A stretch of 64,000 nt of DNA from Pirellulales bacterium (GTDB taxonomy: Bacteria > Planctomycetota > Planctomycetia > Pirellulales > PALSA-1355): NCBI GenBank assembly GCA_963733035.1, contig CAVTBU010000005.1, positions 1,600,001 through 1,664,000 on the forward strand, written 5' to 3'. The notes beneath the pieces were generated by a model that made no database searches, was not told where the DNA came from, and was given only the letters and a program-made list of their open reading frames with translations. Shown one piece after another: positions 52,118-62,384 of the stretch (position 1 is its first letter; each line of letters begins with the position of its first letter). The translations under genes were made by a program, and so were the position numbers.

Positions 52118-53146
52118 TCATTGGCCGACTGTGACGACGACGCGGCCAGGAGCGCCGCCTTGGCGAACCACTTGGAACGCGTCGTTGATGCGATCCAAGG
52201 AGAATCTCGCGACAATCGGCGGACGGATCACTCGATCAGCCATGAACTGCAAGGCATCGCGCACGTCTTGCATGCCGCCGTTGCGCGAGCCGAGGATTCG
52301 CAGCTCGCGCTGTGCGATCGAGATCGTGTCGATCGCCGGGAATTCAGCCTCCTCGCCGACGACGATAATCTTGCCACGTCGACGCACGAGCTTGGAGGCC
52401 AGTTTCATTGTCGCCGACAAGCCGACCAACTCGAACACCGTATCGGCTCCATCCGCTTCGCGGCCTACGACGTTCTGAACCTTCCGCATCAGGGCCTCGT
52501 CGTCGGCCGACAAGGCCAAAATGGCGCCCGAATCCATCGCCAGCTTTAGACGATCGGTCGATCGGTCAATCGCGATCGTTCGCACCCCCGCGGACGACAA
52601 AAGCTGCACAAGAATCTGACCGATACCGCCAGTGCCCAACACCACGGCAGTGTCACCCCACGAAAGCTGGGCCGTGCGAAAGGCGTGTACGGCCGTGCTC
52701 ACAGCGCAACTCGTCAAGCCTCCGCAATCGAAAGGCACTTCGTCCGGCAGCACCAACAGGTTGCGCACGGGGGCCTTGAAGAATTCTGCAAATGCCCCCG
52801 GCAAGGTGACGCCGAGAATGCCCGTCAAGTGCATCGCCTGGGCGTCGAGGCCACGACGCGAAAAGCGGCACTCGGCGTTGCGCACAAACAAATGCGGCAC
52901 AACCGGCTGCCCCACCTCGAAATCCGCCACGTTGCTCCCTACGCTGGCAACGACTCCGGCCGGCTCGTGCCCCGGAATGTGCGGCAATTGTGGCACGTAG
53001 GCCAAACCCTCCTGGATGTGCAGATCGGTCCGGCAGATGCCGCAGGTGCGCGTTTCGACAAGCACCTCGTCCGGCCCAATCTCAGGGATTGGAACGTCGG
53101 CAATACGCAGCGGACCGCCGACCTGTGTCAAAGTTGCCGCTCGCAT
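52118..53146 (-). CDS. Zn-dependent medium-chain alcohol dehydrogenase
   Basis: CGICRTD, PGHEPAG, GTGGIG. Confidence 0.9.
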   Translation of the reverse strand: MRAATLTQVGGPLRIADVPIPEIGPDEVLVETRTCGICRTDLHIQEGLAYVPQLPHIPGHEPAGVVASVGSNVADFEVGQPVVPHLFVRNAECRFSRRGLDAQAMHLTGILGVTLPGAFAEFFKAPVRNLLVLPDEVPFDCGGLTSCAVSTAVHAFRTAQLSWGDTAVVLGTGGIGQILVQLLSSAGVRTIAIDRSTDRLKLAMDSGAILALSADDEALMRKVQNVVGREADGADTVFELVGLSATMKLASKLVRRRGKIIVVGEEAEFPAIDTISIAQRELRILGSRNGGMQDVRDALQFMADRVIRPPIVARFSLDRINDAFQVVRQGGAPGRVVVTVGQ

Positions 53147-53229
53147 GCGATTCTCAATGCTCCCAAAAGCTTCGCGGAAGTCCCCGGATGGGAACCCCGT
53201 ACCAAAGGAGTTCACCCGGCGGTTTTGAT

Positions 53230-54054
53230 TCAGGTCGTCGTTGCGATTCCCAACTCGCGCTCGATACTTTGAATCGATTCCACATTGCGCCGCGCACCGT
53301 CTTCCAGCAATGGGTAGCCGTATAAGTCGTTTGTCAGCGTGCCATCGAAACTGATACCCTTTAGCGCATCGACGACGGCCGTGAGCCGCAACACGCCGTC
53401 GCCCAGCGGCAAATGGAGTGCATACGTCTGTCCGTCGCCGTCCGCCAAGTGGACGTGTCGAATCCGCGAACCGAGTTGCGCGATCGAGTCGACGTACGTA
53501 TCGGCTTGGCCGACGCCATAGTGACAGGAGTCGTACAGCAGTCCGACCGCGCCCCGCGGCATTCCCTCGGCCACTGCGTCGACAAAGTCAATTGCCCACG
53601 AGTTCTCCATGCTAAGTGTGTCGGGATGCGGCTCGAACACGAGGTGCAAATCGCGATCCACGCACCGGGCGGCAACGCGGCGAAACAAATCGACGTTCGT
53701 GCGCAGGCACTCTCCCGGTCGACGATGGGCATTCACTGCCGCCCACGGGTCGTGACTGATGATCATGCCAAGCTGCAAATCGGCGGCCCACTCAATCGCC
53801 CGACCAAAGTCCGCCAGCGTTTCGTCAAACCGATCGTATGGTTGGACGTCGACCCAGCAGTCGAAGCCGTAGAGGCTCAAACCAATTTCCCTTGCCCAGG
53901 CGGCAAAGCGGCGGCGTAGGCCTGGCGTCTTCAGCTGGTCGTAAAACGGCGGCCGCGAGACTTCCAGCGAATCGAAACCAGTCGCCCGCACGAGTCGACA
54001 GATCGCCTCGATGTTCGGGTTTTCGTGAAAACTGACGGCGTTGATGCGGGCCAT
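53230..54054 (-). CDS. Sugar-phosphate isomerase/epimerase (xylose-isomerase-like TIM barrel)
   Basis: FEPH, YDSCH, HVHLAD, PLGDG. Confidence 0.85.
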   Translation of the reverse strand: MARINAVSFHENPNIEAICRLVRATGFDSLEVSRPPFYDQLKTPGLRRRFAAWAREIGLSLYGFDCWVDVQPYDRFDETLADFGRAIEWAADLQLGMIISHDPWAAVNAHRRPGECLRTNVDLFRRVAARCVDRDLHLVFEPHPDTLSMENSWAIDFVDAVAEGMPRGAVGLLYDSCHYGVGQADTYVDSIAQLGSRIRHVHLADGDGQTYALHLPLGDGVLRLTAVVDALKGISFDGTLTNDLYGYPLLEDGARRNVESIQSIERELGIATTT

Positions 54055-54090
54055 GCGTGCCTCGCTGCAATGCGATGAAGTATCAACCGA

Positions 54091-54984
54091 CTACGCCGCG
54101 GCCGGCCAAATCATCGCGCGGGCTTCGTCTGGTGTGGCAACTTCGCGCCCTAGTTCGCGCGAAATGCGTGCGATTTTCTCGACCAGCTCCGCGTTGCTGC
54201 GGGCGTACTGCCCGGCCGCGACAAACGGATTGTCTTCCATCCCCACGCGCACGTGCCCGCCCAGAATGATGGCCGTGGTCAGCACTTTCCATTGTTCCTG
54301 GGGGTCCATGACGCTGGTGTTGTAGAGGAAGCCAGGCGGCAAATGGTGATGATTGAAGAGCATTGCTTCGGCGGTCGGTGGCGTGTAGCTGCCGCCCCGC
54401 CAACCGAGAAAGAACGTAATCCAGACCGGCGCCTTGAGCAGGCCCTTTTGTACCATTCTCTGTGCGTTCCACACGCCGCCATAGTGGAAGCACTCGGCCT
54501 CGATTTTCACTCCCAGCTCGGCCGTCGCGCGGCAGTATTCCTCGAGCTCGGGACGATTGTGCAGACCATAGAGCTCCACCGGTTCGCGTCCCGGCTCATA
54601 GTCAAAACACTCGTCGTGTGGATTGAAACAGGTCGAAATCATATCCGGCTTTTGCTCGCACATCAGCACCTTGCGCTGAGCGAATCGGCCGTTGGCAATG
54701 CCGTATTGAATGATCGGGTTGACCGAACAGTTTTCGACGATGTCGCGGCGCAACTTTTCCCAGCCTGGGATGTCGAGATCCGAAAGCCGCGTCCCATCCG
54801 CCTGAATCGTTTCGTCAATTGTGTAGGGACCGTGCAGGTGGCAAATCGACGCCCCGGCGCTCACGCTGCGTACGTATTCGCGCGCGACCTCCTCGTAGCC
54901 CTTGGGCGTTGGGTTGTGCGGGTTGCTGGGATAGGCCATCGTCGAGTCGCACGTCACGGTGATGATCAGTTTGTCCACGGTCAT
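54091..54984 (-). CDS. Beta-keto acid cleavage enzyme (BKACE/DUF849 family)
   Basis: AGASICHLH, GGHVRVGMEDN, SNAELVE, GREVATPDEAR. Confidence 0.9.
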   Translation of the reverse strand: MTVDKLIITVTCDSTMAYPSNPHNPTPKGYEEVAREYVRSVSAGASICHLHGPYTIDETIQADGTRLSDLDIPGWEKLRRDIVENCSVNPIIQYGIANGRFAQRKVLMCEQKPDMISTCFNPHDECFDYEPGREPVELYGLHNRPELEEYCRATAELGVKIEAECFHYGGVWNAQRMVQKGLLKAPVWITFFLGWRGGSYTPPTAEAMLFNHHHLPPGFLYNTSVMDPQEQWKVLTTAIILGGHVRVGMEDNPFVAAGQYARSNAELVEKIARISRELGREVATPDEARAMIWPAAA

Positions 54985-55014
54985 CGGCTCCTGATAGATT
55001 CTCTTGGCGGGTCA

Positions 55015-56124
55015 TCAGATGGCGCACTCGCGATCGCCGGCGGCAGCTATGCCCTCAACGGCTTTCCGCCCTACCGGTGCCTCCGGTGTGGGCACGGTCA
55101 ATTCGTCGCCCAGGGCGACCAACTCGTTCCAAGCCGCCGCATCGATGTCGATTCCGCCGCTCAGTCGTTCATTCCGCCGGCGGTGCTCCAACTCACCGGG
55201 AACAATGATTTCGGCGAATCCCGGAACCAGCGAGGATGACTTGACATGCGCAATCAACTCGCCGACGTGCGTGCGGAATCGGTCGAGACCACCGAACTGT
55301 GCAACATCGACGGCAATGAGCAGCATTCCGTCACGCGCTTCGACGTCATCCGCACTGCAGCATCCGGCACCGGACAAGGCGCCTGCCAATACGTCGACCA
55401 TTAGCGCCAGCCCGAACCCCTTGTGGCCGGCGGCCCCACCCAAGGGCAATATCGCACCGGCGGGAGAATGGTAGAACTCGGCGGCGTCGTTCGTCGGCCG
55501 GCCTTGGGCATCGATGAGCCAACCGTCGGGCGTGGGCCGGCCTTGTTGGGCCAGAGCGCGGATCTTTCCTTCTGGCGCGACGCTCGTTGCCATATCCAGG
55601 ACGAGCGGGAATGTGTCTCCGGGAACGGCGATCGAAATCGGATTGGTCGCCAGGCGGCGATCCGACCCGCCGAACGGCGCCACGGACTGTCCACCGCCCC
55701 CGGCGTTGACCAGGGCAATTCCCGCCATGCCTGCCGCGGCGATCGTTTCGGTGTAGCTGCCGATTCGGCCGGTGTGGTAACAATTCCGCACCGTTGCAGC
55801 CGCAATTCCGCCTGCGCGAGCCTTCTCCACGACGATGTCGACGGCACGCGCGGCGGAGACCTGTCCAAAGCCCCGCGCACCATCCACGATTGTGCACCCT
55901 GTCGTTTCGTGAACCACGCGCGGTATGGCGTGGACGTCGACTTCACCCGACCGCACGGCGGCCACGTACTGGGGCACGCGCCGCACTCCATGCGAGTCGT
56001 GGCCGCACAGGCTGGCATCGACCAGGTGGCGGGCGACGAGCCCTGCGTCGGCCGCGCGAACTCCGACGGCCTGCAGAAGTGCGACGACAAACGGCTCAAG
56101 CGAGTTGTGCGAGACCAGCGGCAC
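55015..56124 (-). CDS. Ldh_2 family (malate/L-lactate/sulfolactate-type) oxidoreductase
   Basis: GHDSHG, DGARGFGQ, HTGRIG, TNPISIA, LDMATS, HKGFGL. Confidence 0.92.
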   Translation of the reverse strand: MPLVSHNSLEPFVVALLQAVGVRAADAGLVARHLVDASLCGHDSHGVRRVPQYVAAVRSGEVDVHAIPRVVHETTGCTIVDGARGFGQVSAARAVDIVVEKARAGGIAAATVRNCYHTGRIGSYTETIAAAGMAGIALVNAGGGGQSVAPFGGSDRRLATNPISIAVPGDTFPLVLDMATSVAPEGKIRALAQQGRPTPDGWLIDAQGRPTNDAAEFYHSPAGAILPLGGAAGHKGFGLALMVDVLAGALSGAGCCSADDVEARDGMLLIAVDVAQFGGLDRFRTHVGELIAHVKSSSLVPGFAEIIVPGELEHRRRNERLSGGIDIDAAAWNELVALGDELTVPTPEAPVGRKAVEGIAAAGDRECAI

Positions 56125-56315
56125 GGCAACCACGATGCATGAGACAGCCGACGACCCCCGCTGCGCCGGCGCAGGACTCGAACTTAGCGGCTGGGCATGC
56201 CTCACGCAAGGCTTTAAGCGTTCAAAAACTGACTTTTCTTGCTAAAATGCAACGTCGTTCCTGTTGCGGGGTGATTCCCCGCGCCTTTGCCAAACCGCAA
56301 GTGAAGGTACTGTAC

Positions 56316-57272
56316 GTGACCTCCGAGAACCGCGCGTCTTTGACTGACAAAGTTTATCAATATCTCTCAGGGCAATTGGCCGGACGTGCGCTCGCGATCG
56401 GAGATCGGATTAACCCGCGCGCCGTGGCCGAACAACTCGACGTCAGCCGTACCACGATCAACAAGGCACTGGCTCGGCTCGAAGCCGAGGGCTGGTTGAC
56501 CTCAGACGACGCACGTCGCCCGATCGTAACGAAGCGACCGGGCAAGCGTCGGGCCAGCCCCGCGGCGAATTTCGAGTTTTCGAATCGTACCGACGCAACC
56601 TACGAGGCAATTCTCGAGCGCATTTTGAAAGGGGAGTTGCAACCAAGCGAAATCGTCAAGGAACGACCGCTTGGGCAAACTCTCGGAGTGAATCCGGCCA
56701 CGGTGCGCCGCGCGGCCGAGTGGTTGTGCAACGACGGACTCATGGAACGGCTCCCGCGCCGCGGTTGGCGCGTGGCGACTGTTTCCGCGCACGACCTCAA
56801 GGACATCTACCAAATCCGGGTGTTGCTGGAACCGCTGGCGATCAAGGGCACCGTGGCGCGGATGTCGGATGAAGTGCTGGCTGACCTCGAACGAGAAACC
56901 CGACGTCTAATAACTCAGGGAGAAAAGGCCACGGTTTACGATCGTCGCCGCGCCGATCTCCGTTTTCATCAGGCGATCGCCATGACATCGGGAAATCGCA
57001 TGCTGGCGGCGACGATCGAGCCGCTGGTCCGCAAGGCCCTGCTCGTAACGACCGTGGGTTTCCGTTATGGCCGGGCGTCGCAGTCCTTCGAAGAACATCT
57101 GGATATTCTCCGCGCGCTCAAATCGCGCGATGGGGCGCTGGCGGCCAAGCGGCTCAAGAGCCACCTTCGCCAGGCACAGAAGTTCAATCTCGAATTGTGG
57201 GAGCGACAGTCGCGATTCCCGTTAGTGGCTGACGACAGTCGCAGCGGACCGCCCGGGCGCGGCATCACTTGA
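56316..57272 (+). CDS. GntR regulator with two wHTH domains plus FCD
   Basis: VAEQLDVSRTTINKALARLEAEG and LGVNPATVRRAAEWLCNDG, then DLRFH..EEH. Confidence 0.88.
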   Translation: MTSENRASLTDKVYQYLSGQLAGRALAIGDRINPRAVAEQLDVSRTTINKALARLEAEGWLTSDDARRPIVTKRPGKRRASPAANFEFSNRTDATYEAILERILKGELQPSEIVKERPLGQTLGVNPATVRRAAEWLCNDGLMERLPRRGWRVATVSAHDLKDIYQIRVLLEPLAIKGTVARMSDEVLADLERETRRLITQGEKATVYDRRRADLRFHQAIAMTSGNRMLAATIEPLVRKALLVTTVGFRYGRASQSFEEHLDILRALKSRDGALAAKRLKSHLRQAQKFNLELWERQSRFPLVADDSRSGPPGRGIT

Positions 57273-58322
57273 CGGCAATCGGATTTCCCGGCGATCCGGT
57301 GGCGCCTTTCAGCCGCAAAGGGGCGAAAATAAACGCAAATTCGTAGGCCTTATCGGCGGCCAATGCGTCGAGATCGAGGTTTTCGATGAAGTAGATGCCG
57401 TGGCGGGTAATCATCCACTGGTGGACCTCGATCTTGCGCCCGGATTCTTCGGCGACGGATCGACCTCAATTCCCCAATTGTCGGCGCCGACCATCAACGG
57501 TTCGCGCTCGATGAGCATCTTGGCCACCTCGAGGCCAATCCCCGGCTCGCCGGAGTTGTACTGCTGGTTGTCGACCTTCCACAGCCGGCTGTGCCCGGTG
57601 CGAATCAGTACGACGTCGCCCTGGCGGATCGTCGTCCGCTGGGCCGCCAGCGCACCGCGAAAATCGCCCGGCGTAATCTCGTAGCCGACTTCCAGCCGTT
57701 CCTTCTGCAAATAGCCGGCAACGTCGACCAGGACGCCGCGAGCAAAGAACACGCCGGCGTTCTCCACGCCCAGTGATTTGAGGCCATAAGCATCCTCAAT
57801 GTCGCTCGAGCGGAAACCGTTGTAGTAGTAGTCGCCGTCGTTGAGACGTACGCCGACGTGCCCCAAACCGTCCATCTGCGTCCCCATCTGGCCGATTTCA
57901 CCGACGAAGAATTCGTCGCGGCCGACGCGCATGTTGTCGCCGTCAACCGCCCGGAAGGCAGGAATCGTCAGGCGAAACGTGCGATGAGGAAACGTCGGCA
58001 TGTCGCGTTCGTAAACGCGTCCCAACTGGTAGATGTTGCCTTTGCGAATCAGCTTTGCCGCCTCCAAGACGCGCGCCGCTGACATCAGATTGGCCGATCC
58101 GCGCTGATCATCCTTTCCCCATCGCGAGGGCCACCAGCGAGAACCGATGGGCGTCTCGTTGGAGTCTTCCCGAGTCGCCGACCGCCGATTCGCCGGTTCG
58201 TCCGGCGCCGCGATTGCCGCCGGGGCGGACAATTCACCGAAGTCCGCGGCTTCCCACAACAGAATGCCAACCACCGCGCCCAACAGAATCGGCAAATACC
58301 GCGTCAATCGTTGATCGCTCAT
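57265..58322 (-). CDS. Cyclase (kynurenine-formamidase-like) family protein with N-terminal TM/signal; frameshift at ~57440
   Basis: WGKDDQRG, GTQMDGLGH, GDVVLIRTG, GADNWG; shifted frame gives VHQW..IENLDL..GATGSPGNPIAVK*. Confidence 0.88.
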
Positions 58323-58653
58323 CAAAACGCCTCGCGAATCGAAGGTTGCTCGCTTGCCCATACGCCCGCGGCCCCCGGGGGTCGCGCGGCGACCGCGCCG
58401 GGTTCTCGATGCGACCGGTTGCCAGCTGACAAGTATTGCTAAAAATCCGTTGGTCTACAATCCACGCGAGGAATTGAGCGCCATGAGCGTGGTTTTTGAG
58501 AGCAAGCGATAGAGCACTGGCGGCCGGCAGATTCCAGTAAGTGCTCGGCGAAGCCCGCCTCCTGGTTCGCGTGAAAGTCGATCGTCTGAACGCCGGTAAC
58601 GGCGAGAACTTCCGGCGGCAGATTTGGCGGCCATGAGAGATCCAAGAACGCGG

Positions 58654-60393
58654 CTATTTGCCAGGGCTCTCCTGGAGCTTGTTCATCACTTCGTCCAGGT
58701 TGAAGCTGGCGGCCTTTTGTCGCTGCGGAAACTCCTTGAACGTCGCCAGGACGTTTCCGACGTACTCCTGAGCCGGCACCAGCAGGAAGGCATGGTCGAG
58801 CAGCCAGTCGTAGTAGGTGTTCGACGTGATATCGGCCCGCTCGTACGGATCGAGCCGGAGGTTGTAAATCTTTGGCACTCGGAGCGAGACAAAGGGCTCG
58901 GCCCAAATTCGCAGAGTGCCCGGAACGCGTTGCTCCAAAAACACCAACTTCCAGTTGTCATACCGCAGGGCGGTCACTTGCTGGTCGTCATTGCAGTAGA
59001 TGAATGACTCCCGCGGACTTTTGTCGACCTGTCCGGTAAGGAGTGGGACCAGATTGTAACCGTCAAGGTGAACCTTATAGGTCGTGTCGCCGAGCTTGTA
59101 TCCCTGCTTCAGTTTTTCGGTCACATCCTCGTCACCTGCGATCGCCAGCAGCGTCGGCAACCAGTCGTGATGGGCGACGAGCTGATTCGAGACGCTGCCC
59201 GGGGTGATCTGGCCCGGCCAGCGGACCATGCAGGGCACGCGGTAGGCTCCTTCCCAGTTCGAGTTCTTTTCATTTCGGAACGGCGTCATGGCGGCGTCCG
59301 GCCAGCTATTCATGTGCGGACCATTGTCGGTGCTGTACATAACAAGCGTGTTGTCCGCAACGCCGGCGTCGTCGAGCGCCTTGAGCACGGTGCCCACGTT
59401 TCTGTCGTGGTCGATCATCGCATCGGCGTATTCGCTCATCCAGCGGCCCGATTGCCCCTTGCTCTCGGGCTTGACGTGGGTCCGAAAATGCATGTGTGTG
59501 AAATTCACCCACACGAAGAACGGCTTACCGGCCTTGGCCTGTCGCTCAATGAAATTCGCAGCCCGACTCGCCGTATCGTCGTCGATCGTTTCCATCCGTT
59601 TCCTGGTGAGGGGCCCCGTGTCCTTGATGGTCTGCCTGCCGACCTTGCCAAACCGCGGGTCGACCGTCTCGTCGTCCTTGTCTGTCGCTTTGCATTCGAG
59701 GACCCCACGTGGACCGTACTTCTTTCGGAATGCCGGATCCTTTGGATAATCGGGGTGTTCGGGTTCTTCTTCGGCATTGAGGTGGTAAAGATTGCCGTAG
59801 AATTCGTCGAACCCGTGCACGGTGGGGAGGAACTCGTTGCGGTCACCCAGGTGGTTCTTGCCAAACTGGCCGGTCGCGTAGCCGAGCGGTTTGAGCAACT
59901 CGGCGATCGTGGGGTCTTCCTTCCGTAGGCCGACAGTAGCGCCTGGCAGTCCAACCTTCGTAAGCCCGGTGCGCAAGCCGTGTTGACCGGTAAGAAACGA
60001 AGCGCGGCCGGCGGTACAACTTTGTTCGGCGTAGTAGTCCGTGAAGAGCATCCCTTCCTTGGCGACTCGGTCGATGTTCGGCGTGCGATAGCCCATGAGC
60101 CCCATCGTGTAGGCGCTGATGTTCGACTGACCGATGTCGTCGCCCCAAATGATGCAGATATTTGGCGTCTTGCCGGACGCCTTGGACTTGGCCGCGACGT
60201 TTTGATTGAAGGCCGCCAGTGCAATCAACTCGCTCCTGTCCGCTTGCCCGCCGCACGCCGTTTGCAGCCGGTGAGCTTCGCGCAAGTCCTTGGTTCTGTC
60301 ACCGGGAATCAATGCTCGCGATGCGGCGGAATAGCCGACCAGTGCGCACATCCCGACGCAAAACAACGTGATTAGTCTTGCGTGCTTCAACAT
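58654..60393 (-). CDS. Arylsulfatase (Cys-type, CTAGR signature)
   Basis: PNICIIWGDD, SCTAGRASFLTG, GKNHLG, STDNG; GGAGG RBS. Confidence 0.93.
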   Translation of the reverse strand: MLKHARLITLFCVGMCALVGYSAASRALIPGDRTKDLREAHRLQTACGGQADRSELIALAAFNQNVAAKSKASGKTPNICIIWGDDIGQSNISAYTMGLMGYRTPNIDRVAKEGMLFTDYYAEQSCTAGRASFLTGQHGLRTGLTKVGLPGATVGLRKEDPTIAELLKPLGYATGQFGKNHLGDRNEFLPTVHGFDEFYGNLYHLNAEEEPEHPDYPKDPAFRKKYGPRGVLECKATDKDDETVDPRFGKVGRQTIKDTGPLTRKRMETIDDDTASRAANFIERQAKAGKPFFVWVNFTHMHFRTHVKPESKGQSGRWMSEYADAMIDHDRNVGTVLKALDDAGVADNTLVMYSTDNGPHMNSWPDAAMTPFRNEKNSNWEGAYRVPCMVRWPGQITPGSVSNQLVAHHDWLPTLLAIAGDEDVTEKLKQGYKLGDTTYKVHLDGYNLVPLLTGQVDKSPRESFIYCNDDQQVTALRYDNWKLVFLEQRVPGTLRIWAEPFVSLRVPKIYNLRLDPYERADITSNTYYDWLLDHAFLLVPAQEYVGNVLATFKEFPQRQKAASFNLDEVMNKLQESPGK

Positions 60394-60886
60394 GGAAGTC
60401 ACTCCTCCGAGATAGGGCTAAAGATGTGAGTGCTTGCGGCGTACAGGCTGCGACATGCCGGAAAACAAACGATGTGAACAGATGTAAGCACCAACCGCCG
60501 CGTTTGCAGATGCCGGCATGCCCCTCGTGCCCTTTGCCGAACGGGCCGGACGAATCATCACGGCGCTCCGCAGAGGCAAACCCCGAGGTTGGACGCATTA
60601 TGTCGGCGGGCGACGTGGTCCACAAGAAAATACCGAAGTTTTGAGGCAAGACGTTGGACGCCGTTTCGTTGCACAGATAGTTGGAAATTGATGGGTTCGT
60701 GGTCGTCAATGACGGACGATACCGCGCAAACGCATCGCCTTAAATCCCGCGGGCGCGATCTCGGGCGGGGCGACAACTCTTTCGGAAGAACTTGCGGCAA
60801 CGTGATGTTCCGCTTCCGCGGTTGTAATCCGGTGGTCCTTTGCGATCATGGTTGCAGACCCTGGTTTACTGTGGTGGAGCGCGACC

Positions 60887-62373
60887 ATGTTTTCTTCGAT
60901 TGGTTTTCAACGGCTGGTTTGTCTGGCGGTGGTTGCGGTTTTGACCGAGACAGTTTCCGGCGTGCTTGCCCAGGAAACCAAACCGGTTTTTCGAGCCGGG
61001 GCCGCGACGAGCAACATTACGCCCCCGCTGGGGGAACTGATCGTCGGGGGTTGGACTCCAATCCTCGCGACTCACATTCACGATGAGCTCCACGCGCGCT
61101 GCCTCGTGCTCGACGACGGAACGAATCAAATGGGCATCGTCCTGTGCGACAACGTCGGCATTTCGCAAGAAGTGTTCGACTTGGCGAAGGAGCAAATCCG
61201 CCGAACGTCGGGTCTACCAGGTTCGCACCTATTATTGGCCTCCACGCACACTCACTCGGCCACCTCGGCGAGTGGTCCGTGCAAGGTCATTCGGGAGCGA
61301 AAACTCACCGCCTATCAAACGTTCGTCGCCAGCCGCATTGCCGACGGAGTGCGCCGTGCGCACAACCAACTCGAAGCCGCTCGAATAGGTTGGGGGAAGG
61401 TCGATGAGCCGTCCGAAGTATTCAACCGTCGCTGGTTCGTCAATGACGCGGCCTTGCTGACGAATCCGTTCGGGGGCATCGACCGCGTACGGATGAACCC
61501 GCCGCGCGTAGCGCCGCGCTCGATCGTCCCGCCGGGCGAACCGATCCGGAAATCTGCTTCATTTCGATCAAGAGCCTGGACAACCGGCCGATAGCGGTCT
61601 TGGCAAACTATTCGCTGCACTACGTGGGTGGTGTCCGTTCGGGGGACGTTTCGGCCGACTATTTTGGCTGCTTCGCGACGTCGCTTGAAGAGGCGCTGGC
61701 GCGAGCGACCAGTCGCCGCCGTTCGTCGGTATCATGTCCAATGGCACCAGCGGCGACGTGAACAACATCGACTTCACCGCAAAGAACCCGCGGCAATACA
61801 AGCCCTACGAAAAGATGAGCGAGGTCGCCGAGAAGCTGGCCCGCCGCGTCTATCAAGCGCACGGGCATATTGAGTTCCACGATTGGGTACCGCTGGACGC
61901 GGCGGAACTGCAGCTGCCGCTGAAAGTCCGCAAGCCAACTGCCGAGATGGTGAGGTACTTGGAACAAGTCACCTCAGCAAGCGGGGGCGACAAGCCGGCC
62001 CGTCACGATCGCGAATCAATCTATGCCGAACGGATCCGACAGCTGGCGGACGCCCCCGACGAGATTCGCGTTCCGCTGCAGGTCATGCGCATCGGCGACC
62101 TGGGCATCGCGACGGTTCCGTTCGAGACCTTCGCCGAGACCGGCCTCGAGTCTGAAGAACCGCAGCCCCTTTAGCCAAACGTTTACGATTGAACTCGCGG
62201 GCGGATCGTTTGGCTACTTGCCCACACCCGAGCAGCACCGACTGGGTGGTTACGAAACGTGGTTGGGAACGAACTATGTGGAAGAACAAGCGTCGAAAAA
62301 GATCGTCGAGTCGCTGCTCGATCTGTTTCAAACCGTCCGCCAAAGCAGCGCAACCAATAATTCGACTCACTGA
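60887..62373 (+). CDS. Neutral/alkaline-ceramidase-like secreted hydrolase; frameshifts at ~61508, ~61703, ~62151
   Basis: HDELHARCLVL, STHTHS, NYSLHY, SADYFG, NGTSGDVN, GYLPT..GGYE. Confidence 0.82.
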
Positions 62374-62384
62374 GGTCCTTGCCG

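Noticed and set aside
55794..56315. 174-aa N-terminal extension of the GntR ORF
   Set aside because: Overlaps the Ldh2 gene on the opposite strand and reads as Arg/Pro-rich shadow sequence
58365..58640. GC-rich hairpins and the mini-ORF MSVVFESKR as a riboswitch or leader
   Set aside because: No recognisable conserved RNA motif; such stems are expected by chance at this GC content
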